The notes under the pieces: generated by a model | Seen by the model: the letters and a program-made list of their open reading frames with translations, nothing else | Told to the model about the DNA's origin: nothing | Databases searched by the model: none | Translations under genes and position numbers: made by a program | Part shown: positions 57,492 to 64,000 of the stretch, piece by piece | Numbering within the stretch: the first letter of the stretch is position 1 | How the letters are laid out: every line of letters begins with the position of its first letter | DNA from: a virus | DNA: 64,000 nt | Strand: one strand, 5' to 3' | IMG/VR virus record: IMGVR_UViG_3300045988_182393 | Location: 1-64,000 of that record

Positions 57492-58925
57492 ATGACTGAA
57501 ACAAAAGACATGTTTGAACAAATCAGCGCCATCTTAACCGATAAGAAAGATAAGCCGTTTTCTTATGAGGAGCTTGCAGCAATGCTCAAAACTGACCCTG
57601 ATGCCCTCAAAACCTTTGATGAGGTCTATAAGACACAGGTTCTTGAAAGCGGAGAGCTGCATGAAAATATGCTCCAGTGGGATACAGCTACAGTCAAAGC
57701 AATTCTCGACAAAAAGGTCTACTTCCCACCGGAACTCAATTCGCTCATTGACCGCATCGTCACAGAACTGGTGCTTGAAACGCGTCTGTACATCTACAAC
57801 GCGGAACGCGGTGGCTATTATGTGACATACTCTGCCAACCGCGACTTTATGACAGAGGTTACAAACGAGGAGTTGAAACGCTACCCCGAAGAACTCCGTC
57901 CGCAGCTCACCGGAAAGTTGATGAAGATTGACATTTCTGAGCCGTCGTACAAGGAACTGCTTCAAAACTACGCAGGCTACAAGAATGCAAAGAACGACAG
58001 CACAAAAATGTTCTACCACAACATGTTCCGTCAAGGTCTTGACATCCTCGACCTTGATGACTTCACTTATCAGATGCTTGAGATGAACCCCAACTCTATG
58101 GGCTTCTGGTTTCCTCCTCTGGTAGAGGGATTGTACGGCAGCGCATTTTTCAAGGTTCCGGACACAAAAATTCTTCGCGTACCTATCACCATGCTGCAGC
58201 TTACCCGCCTTGGTTTCGAGACGTTGAATCCCGTTACAAAGGAAATCGTGAACCGTTATTGCCAGAAAGTCTTCCATCTTGATGGATACGAAGACTATTT
58301 TATCAAAACGGGCACGTATTCTTCCAAATACGAATTCCGCAACGCTCATATCCATAACCCGAAGGAAATCAATGAGATGGGCGAGTATTTCTTGTTTTTG
58401 AATCATCTGACATGCTCGATGGCATCCCCTCTGAACAATCGCTGCTTCTACGGCGCGAACACCACGAACGAGTGGGTCGTCAGAGAATACATCAAGGACA
58501 AAGAAAATAACCCCACCATCTACAACGGTTTGCCGCTGCACACTGAATATCGCGTGTTTGTGGATTTTGATACAAAGGAAATCCTTGGCGCAAGTCCTTA
58601 TTGGCGCAGCGATGTTATGAAGAACGAATTCAAAAAAGTCAGCAGCCCACAGGAACGCCATGATTATGTTGTCTACAAGATGCATGAAGACATTCTGAAC
58701 CAGCGTTACCACGAAAGCGTTCAAACTGTTCTGGCTGAGCTGAAGAAGGTTATTCCTCGCATTGAGTTGACAGGGCAGTGGAGCGTCGATGTAATGCGCA
58801 ACGGCAATGATTACTACATCATTGATATGGCGCTTGCTGAGAACTCTGCTCTGAATGACTGCGTGCCGAGTAACCGCCTTCGTGCTTATCCGCAGCAGTG
58901 GCTGCCGGGTGAATCGAACAGCTGA
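57492..58925 (+). CDS. ATP-grasp-fold protein
   Basis: YFIKTGTYSSK (K/Gly-rich loop), WVVREYIKD (QEYI-like), QWSVDVMRNGNDYYIIDMALAENS (C-terminal vD...yyiiEvN). Confidence 0.55.
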   Translation: MTETKDMFEQISAILTDKKDKPFSYEELAAMLKTDPDALKTFDEVYKTQVLESGELHENMLQWDTATVKAILDKKVYFPPELNSLIDRIVTELVLETRLYIYNAERGGYYVTYSANRDFMTEVTNEELKRYPEELRPQLTGKLMKIDISEPSYKELLQNYAGYKNAKNDSTKMFYHNMFRQGLDILDLDDFTYQMLEMNPNSMGFWFPPLVEGLYGSAFFKVPDTKILRVPITMLQLTRLGFETLNPVTKEIVNRYCQKVFHLDGYEDYFIKTGTYSSKYEFRNAHIHNPKEINEMGEYFLFLNHLTCSMASPLNNRCFYGANTTNEWVVREYIKDKENNPTIYNGLPLHTEYRVFVDFDTKEILGASPYWRSDVMKNEFKKVSSPQERHDYVVYKMHEDILNQRYHESVQTVLAELKKVIPRIELTGQWSVDVMRNGNDYYIIDMALAENSALNDCVPSNRLRAYPQQWLPGESNS

Positions 58926-59018
58926 TACTCCTAGAACGAAACTTTGATTCGGATTCTTTCAGCAGAAAGCGTTGGAATCAAAATCATACAAATTGATTGT
59001 GCGAAAGCAATAGCAATC

Positions 59019-59057
59019 AAGACCACTACCCCAAAAAGGGTAGTGGTCTTATTTTTT
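59019..59057 (+). terminator. Rho-independent terminator
   Basis: aagaccactaccc-caaaaa-gggtagtggtctt then attttttg. Confidence 0.8.
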
Positions 59058-59104
59058 GCACAATACTTACCATAAATTACCAGAAAGAAAAACATTGTGC
59101 ATCT

Positions 59105-59122
59105 GTGCGAATTGCATATAAT
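59105..59122 (+). promoter_or_regulatory. Conserved promoter box GTGCGAA-N5-TATAAT
   Basis: tctgtgcgaa ttgca tataat. Confidence 0.6.
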
Positions 59123-59234
59123 ACAAAATATAGAACGAAAGGCATCAAAAAACATCGTTGGTCGGGCAAAATCCGACCGAAAGGCTAGGGCGGGCTCAGT
59201 TTTGAACCTGCTCTTTCTTTTTATCGGAGGCTTT

Positions 59235-59762
59235 ATGTCAAACAAAGAAGAACGCATGAACCGCAATAAAAGCATCATCGAAGATTACAAAAATGGAAAG
59301 CCGATTTTAGAAATCGCGAGGGAATATAATCTTTCAGAAACGATGTGCTACAAGATTCTAAAAGGTACGCAGGAGCCGCCTCGTTATTTTGAAAAAAAGA
59401 GGAAGAGACTTGCCACTCGAAATGAGCAGATTGTTAAACAGTATAAAGGCGGTATGACGGCCAGAGAATTGGGCAAGATGTACGGCATTTCCATGCAGCG
59501 TATTTATGCAATCTTGCATTCGAGCGGAGAGTACGAAAGCCAAAAATACAATCATATTGAAACGGCTCTCAAAAAAGAGAAAAAGATGCGGAACCAAACT
59601 TTTCTTGATGCTTACACAAAAAATCCTCAAAAATCGATTATCGAGTTGAGCAGGGAGGTAAATATCAGCCCTTCACTAGGTTATCTTATCCTTCATCAAA
59701 ATGGGATTTACCAGTATAACGTAAAAGCCAGAGCTAAGGAGAATAGCGAAAATGCCGATTAA
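59235..59762 (+). CDS. Tandem-HTH-repeat DNA-binding protein (paralog 2)
   Basis: Repeats PILEIAREYNLSETMCYKIL / TARELGKMYGISMQRIYAIL / SIIELSREVNISPSLGYLIL. Confidence 0.6.
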   Translation: MSNKEERMNRNKSIIEDYKNGKPILEIAREYNLSETMCYKILKGTQEPPRYFEKKRKRLATRNEQIVKQYKGGMTARELGKMYGISMQRIYAILHSSGEYESQKYNHIETALKKEKKMRNQTFLDAYTKNPQKSIIELSREVNISPSLGYLILHQNGIYQYNVKARAKENSENAD

Positions 59763-60270
59763 CAAGATTACCCACGTGTGTCTAACTCATGACAAAGTCA
59801 GGGCGCGAAATGAAAAGATGCTGGAGGATGCCGATAACGGTATGTCCCAGGAACAGCTGGCCGAAAAGTATCAAATCTGTGTTTCTACTGTCCGATATAG
59901 TCTGAAGGACTTTTACGAAGAACAGGCCCGGCAGAGAAAAGCAAAGAAGAAAGCCTGGCAAACCCAGATGATTCATGAATATGAGATGGGCGCAAAATCT
60001 CCGGAGCTTCAGGAAAAATACGGCATCAGTGGAACGCTCTTTTATCGGATTCTTCATGCGCACGGAAAGAATGGCCGACAAATCCACAGCCAAAACCGTA
60101 TCGAGACCGGCAAGAAAAGAAACGCCGAGATGGTCAGGAAATACAAAAACGGCGTTTCTGTCAAAGAGCTTGCGGAAGAATACGGGCTCAAAAAGGGAAG
60201 TGTATATCGCGCCATGAAGCGGTATAATCCAGGCCCAGGGAAAAGTAAAAGTTGTCAAAGTGAGGAATAA
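59752..60270 (+). CDS. Tandem-HTH-repeat DNA-binding protein (paralog 3)
   Basis: SQEQLAEKYQICVSTVRYSL / SPELQEKYGISGTLFYRIL / SVKELAEEYGLKKGSVYRAM. Confidence 0.6.
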   Translation: MPINKITHVCLTHDKVRARNEKMLEDADNGMSQEQLAEKYQICVSTVRYSLKDFYEEQARQRKAKKKAWQTQMIHEYEMGAKSPELQEKYGISGTLFYRILHAHGKNGRQIHSQNRIETGKKRNAEMVRKYKNGVSVKELAEEYGLKKGSVYRAMKRYNPGPGKSKSCQSEE

Positions 60271-60274
60271 TTGC

Positions 60275-61228
60275 ATGGCTGCATCAAAGAAAGATGTTGC
60301 GAAGCAGCAGGTCAAAGAAGACCGAGAAAAAGTCCGGGAAATGTATCTTTCTGGCAAAACTGTCAAGGAAATCGCCAAGGAAACGTATTTTTCAAGCTCT
60401 TATTGCTATGCCATGGTGAGAGACCTAGCAAAAGAAAAGAATCTTGCAAAGAAAGCAAAAAGAGCACCTCTCGACGAAGCTATGATTCAAGATGCGAAAG
60501 CCGGGATGACGGTTGCTGAAATCGCAAAGAAGCATGGCGTGACCTATCAGCAGTGCTACTATACTGTTTCTGAATACGCTCAAGCTACGATTAAGAAGAA
60601 CAAGAAAAAGCAGTCTGCTGCCACGAAAGTTCGCAATGCGGCTATGTTGGAAGATGCGAAAGCCGGAATGACTGATAAGGAAATCGCCAAAAAATACTTT
60701 TTGTCTCGAAGCAGTGTCCGTACCGTCCTTGCAGGGCATTTACATACAAATTCCAAAAAGTTGGATGAAAGGCGCAAGGCGATTCTTGCGGATTATGAGG
60801 CAGGAACGTCCTCAAAAGACATCTGTGAGAAATACGGTATTTCAAAATCCACTCTTTACAAGGACATGCGCCAAATTGGAAAAACCTGTCAGGAATACTA
60901 TCACAAGGCGCTGAAAGACAAGACCAATCGAAGGAATTCCGATATTCGAAGCAAAATCGAAAGAGGGGTCTCGGTCAGCACTATTGCCAAGGAATACGGA
61001 ATCTCTAAAACGGCGATTTATGAAACGTTTCATCAGGAAAATGTCAGAGCTGGAATTTTACAGAAACGCGGCCGTCCGCGAAAAAACACGGAACGTAATG
61101 CACTGATTGCTAAACGCCACAGGGAAGGCGAGAAGGTGCAGGCGCTTGCCACTGAATATAATCTCTCTGTTTCGACGGTAAACACTATTTGCAGTAGAAA
61201 CAAAAATCAGAATATAACCTCATATTAA
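60275..61228 (+). CDS. Tandem-HTH-repeat DNA-binding protein (paralog 4, ~7 modules)
   Basis: TVKEIAKETYFSSSYCYAMV, TVAEIAKKHGVTYQQCYYTV, TDKEIAKKYFLSRSSVRTVL, SSKDICEKYGISKSTLYKDM, SVSTIAKEYGISKTAIYETF, KVQALATEYNLSVSTVNTIC. Confidence 0.6.
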   Translation: MAASKKDVAKQQVKEDREKVREMYLSGKTVKEIAKETYFSSSYCYAMVRDLAKEKNLAKKAKRAPLDEAMIQDAKAGMTVAEIAKKHGVTYQQCYYTVSEYAQATIKKNKKKQSAATKVRNAAMLEDAKAGMTDKEIAKKYFLSRSSVRTVLAGHLHTNSKKLDERRKAILADYEAGTSSKDICEKYGISKSTLYKDMRQIGKTCQEYYHKALKDKTNRRNSDIRSKIERGVSVSTIAKEYGISKTAIYETFHQENVRAGILQKRGRPRKNTERNALIAKRHREGEKVQALATEYNLSVSTVNTICSRNKNQNITSY

Positions 61229-61261
61229 CAGGCTGCCATTTGGCGGCCTATTTCTTTTTTA
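61229..61261 (+). terminator. Rho-independent terminator
   Basis: aggctgcc-attt-ggcggcct then atttctttttt. Confidence 0.6.
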
Positions 61262-61273
61262 GGAGGAAATGAA

Positions 61274-62188
61274 ATGACAGACGACGTACGTAATTTAATT
61301 CGATTTGTGGTGGATGGCGATATTCGAAACGCGCAGACTCAGTGCCGAATCATGCTTGAAAAGAATGTCCCTGAAAAAGATGCCCGGTTTAAGGAGGCTG
61401 AACTCAAAAAGCTGAATCTTTTGAAACCGGAACTCATTCAGCTGCCTGCCAACCTGGAAAACCTCTTGATTGCGGAGGATGCCACGAATTTCCCTGAGAG
61501 CCGGTTCCTGCTCCGCGAGGAGGAAGAAACAGTCATCAACAAGCTCTTGGCCACCAGAAAAGCAGCTTTAGCCATCAAGGAGCTTGGCATCCACTATACT
61601 TGCTCTTTGCTTTTGACGGGCCTTCCTGGTGTTGGTAAGACTGAATTGGCCCGCTACATTGCACACAAGGCGAATTTACCGTTTGTTTTCCTGAAATTCT
61701 CTGGCCTTGTCAATTCTGCTCTTGGCCGGACACAGCAGAACATCGGCAGAGTGTTCGATTACGCAAAGCGCACGCCTTGTGTTCTTTGTGTTGATGAAAT
61801 TGATGCCATCGGAATGTGCCGTGGCAGCCGCGATGATGTCGCTGAAATGAGCCGCGTCACCATCGCATTGATGCAGGAACTTGACCGGCTCCCGAATGAC
61901 GTCATTCTCATTGGCACTACAAACCGCGTCGATAACCTTGACGAAGCCCTCATTCGCCGATTCACTTTCAAACACCGCGTCAAGCCTTTAGGCGACGATG
62001 ACATGAAAGAACTGTGCAAGAAGTTCCTTGCTTCGGCAGATTATCCCTTCACGGAATCCGAACTCGACGGACTCTGCCATTCGCTGCGTGAACAGCGGAC
62101 TGCCAGCGCCGTTGTCAATGCCTGTACAGAACGTATCGTTGCACATATCGTATCGCAGCTGCCTGAAAATTCGGCAGATGCCGTGTAA
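61274..62188 (+). CDS. Classical AAA+ ATPase
   Basis: LLLTGLPGVGKT (Walker A), VLCVDEID (Walker B), IGTTN (sensor 1), LIRRF (Arg finger). Confidence 0.8.
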   Translation: MTDDVRNLIRFVVDGDIRNAQTQCRIMLEKNVPEKDARFKEAELKKLNLLKPELIQLPANLENLLIAEDATNFPESRFLLREEEETVINKLLATRKAALAIKELGIHYTCSLLLTGLPGVGKTELARYIAHKANLPFVFLKFSGLVNSALGRTQQNIGRVFDYAKRTPCVLCVDEIDAIGMCRGSRDDVAEMSRVTIALMQELDRLPNDVILIGTTNRVDNLDEALIRRFTFKHRVKPLGDDDMKELCKKFLASADYPFTESELDGLCHSLREQRTASAVVNACTERIVAHIVSQLPENSADAV

Positions 62189-62228
62189 AAGTATGATAGC
62201 CTGGGAAGAAAGCCCTCGTCAGTTTAAG

Positions 62229-62891
62229 ATGTCAAAGCAACTCGATGAGGGAAAATTCGGAGAAGACTTGGCTCGCAAATTCCTTAACGACCCGATTATC
62301 AAAGTGAATCATGGCATTAGCCATTACGATGACGTGACTCAGGATAAATCATATCAAGACAAAGATACCGATTTCATTGTCTGGAAGAAGAATGGTAAGA
62401 CCTTTGGCCTGGAAGCGAAAGTGGACAGTCACAATACCGGAAATTTCTACCTGGAAACCTCGGTGGACTACTTCTCCATGGTGCCTGACGCTCTGAACGA
62501 ACAACGGGTGGCGCGGCGGTATCGGGATGGCATCGACCCTTTATGGCACACCCCGGGCTGGGTATACAGGAGTGGTGCGGACCAGATTCTCTATTATTTC
62601 AGAACCACGCAGCTGCTTTACATTTTCTCCCGCGTTGATGTCTGGTTCTATGCTGAAAAGCTGATGCGTGGTGGAATCCATCTTGACCCCGGAATCAGAA
62701 AGCCAAAAATGTATTCTGCCGAAAATATCAGTGAACGCAATGGCTCCACTCTCTTCTTTGCCAACGGCTTATGCGTGAATACTGAGCAGACATACAAGGC
62801 TTTAGGGGCGCAAAAAAGAGTCATTAAATACCAGGTTGAGAACCCGAATTCAGACGTCCCAACGTTCAGCTTTTGCCCTTTCAAATTATGA
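62229..62891 (+). CDS. PD-(D/E)xK-like nuclease-fold protein
   Basis: DTDFIVWKKNGKTFGLEAKVD fits D-x15-E-x-K. Confidence 0.45.
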   Translation: MSKQLDEGKFGEDLARKFLNDPIIKVNHGISHYDDVTQDKSYQDKDTDFIVWKKNGKTFGLEAKVDSHNTGNFYLETSVDYFSMVPDALNEQRVARRYRDGIDPLWHTPGWVYRSGADQILYYFRTTQLLYIFSRVDVWFYAEKLMRGGIHLDPGIRKPKMYSAENISERNGSTLFFANGLCVNTEQTYKALGAQKRVIKYQVENPNSDVPTFSFCPFKL

Positions 62892-62976
62892 ATTTTTCGC
62901 TAACAATCGTTAGAAAATCACATTTCAGTCTGACGGAAGAGTATAATTAAAGCATGGAAAGAGAGGACAAAAAATC

Positions 62977-63186
62977 ATGAACCAAATCAACGTTGTGACG
63001 ATTGGAAAACTCATTGAAGCGCATCGTGACGGTGACGAGCAGAAGTTCAAAACCTACGTCGATTTTATTGTTAAAGCCTACGAAGAGCAGGAGAACGACC
63101 GTGCCGCACGAATCATCCGAAGCAGCTATACGGGTGACTACGGTGAGCAGGGGAAAGTTGTTCTGGATGAAGCAAACGGACTCTGA
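62977..63186 (+). CDS. small hypothetical protein
   Basis: RBS ggaaagagagg. 69 aa. Confidence 0.4.
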   Translation: MNQINVVTIGKLIEAHRDGDEQKFKTYVDFIVKAYEEQENDRAARIIRSSYTGDYGEQGKVVLDEANGL

Positions 63187-63315
63187 GGAAGAGGTCCTGC
63201 AACAGCTGCAAAAGCACGCAGCAAACTATGCACAACGTATCACGATATATAAGATAGACGGTAGAACCGTGAAACGGGAAGTTGCCGAATACGACCAGTG
63301 GGAAAAGAAGTGGAT

Positions 63316-63801
63316 GAGTTAATCATGAAGCACAAAATCTCGGAAACCGGCGCTCGGATGCTTAAATATCAAGAGCAGCTTGCCCGCGAATACAAATACA
63401 AGCCTATTCCGCGTACCTTTTTCAAGGATGTGCGAGCAGAGTTCAAAGATGCTCTGCCAGAATGGTGCAACGTATCCGGTGGTACGACCAAACTCGAAAC
63501 CAGTAACGGCACAGTCATTACCAGCGGGTACAACCGTATCGTGATTGGCGACTACGGCGCATTCGTTGAGTTTTCGCGTGCCCAAGCAAATGCACGTCAT
63601 TTGAAAATCAAAGAGGGGCAGAGCTATCGTATCGAAGACCCGCGCTATGCTGAGCACGTCAAGTATCTTTGGCTCACGGCGGACGATGACTCAGACGTGA
63701 AAGTATACGACCAAAAGCGCTCGGTTGAGTACGCTGACTACAAGCCGGGGATGCTGTATGTCAGCGTGTACGAGGTGTTTCCGGCAGAAGAAGGTCACTG
63801 A
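63316..63801 (+). CDS. hypothetical protein
   Basis: RBS gaaaagaag. ~161 aa. Confidence 0.5.
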   Translation, partial: ELIMKHKISETGARMLKYQEQLAREYKYKPIPRTFFKDVRAEFKDALPEWCNVSGGTTKLETSNGTVITSGYNRIVIGDYGAFVEFSRAQANARHLKIKEGQSYRIEDPRYAEHVKYLWLTADDDSDVKVYDQKRSVEYADYKPGMLYVSVYEVFPAEEGH

Positions 63802-64000
63802 AAAAAAAGCCGAACCACGGGACGAATGGGGACAGGGTGATTCCATTGCTGACCTATACGCAAAGAGCGGTGCAGTGGTTTCACAGGTCAGCTCGGCCAA
63901 AGATTTACTGAATTTCCTGCAAACTGCCGGAAACGCAAGGCATTTGTGATGCACTTGCCTCAACCACAAGATATAGTGGCATCTTAATGTTTGTTTACAA

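Noticed and set aside
62977-63322. Overlapping ORFs 62977..63186 and 63002..63322 as a programmed frameshift pair
   Set aside because: No slippery heptamer or downstream structure recognised. The second frame has no RBS at its internal Met. Only the first small ORF is listed, at low confidence.

Overview
Almost entirely + strand, tightly packed window of about 50% GC with no rRNA, tRNA, CRISPR, or phage structural or conjugation genes. It reads as the accessory, early or regulatory portion of a large mobile element (phage, phage-plasmid or ICE-like) in a Firmicutes/Clostridia-type genome. The most interesting content follows.

- **Promoter-like element.** A box GTGCGAA-N5-TAtAAT recurs at least 13 times in front of operons. 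Four paralogous proteins built from tandem HTH repeats are also present.
- **Minus-strand cassette (12.0-15.2 kb).** It is flanked by terminators on both sides. It encodes a putative R-S-E-type ADP-ribosyltransferase fused to an HD phosphohydrolase, plus a 514-aa partner.
- **ADP-ribose-handling genes.** A YpsA/SLOG protein, a NADAR domain protein and a TARG1-like Macro domain protein.
- **Methyltransferases.** A split gamma-class N6A methyltransferase sits next to a T5orf172(GIY-YIG)-SF2 helicase that carries a second degenerate methyltransferase N-terminal module. A separate EcoRI-family adenine methyltransferase contains a (GACA)12 tract and duplicated C-terminal modules in an alternate frame. 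That methyltransferase lies two genes upstream of a DUF262-HNH (GmrSD-like) Type IV restriction enzyme.
- **Other protein-coding content.**
  - a Y-family polymerase
  - a PLD-like/SF3-helicase fusion
  - SF2 and UvrD-like helicases
  - a flotillin/vWA operon
  - two tandem duplicated lipoproteins
  - two zinc-ribbon-repeat paralogs, one with a DUF559 nuclease domain
  - DUF4238 and bPH proteins
  - an RlaP-like nucleotidyltransferase
  - a radical-SAM plus ATP-grasp operon
  - an AAA+ ATPase plus PD-(D/E)xK pair
  - a ParB-like protein
  - a ComEC-type MBL lipoprotein
- **Non-coding signals.** A conserved GNRA-tetraloop structured RNA module occurs three times in 5' leaders. There are several iteron- or operator-like repeat sets, and many Rho-independent terminators, some of them inside leaders in an attenuator-like position.

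Family assignments come from motifs read by eye. No database search was possible.
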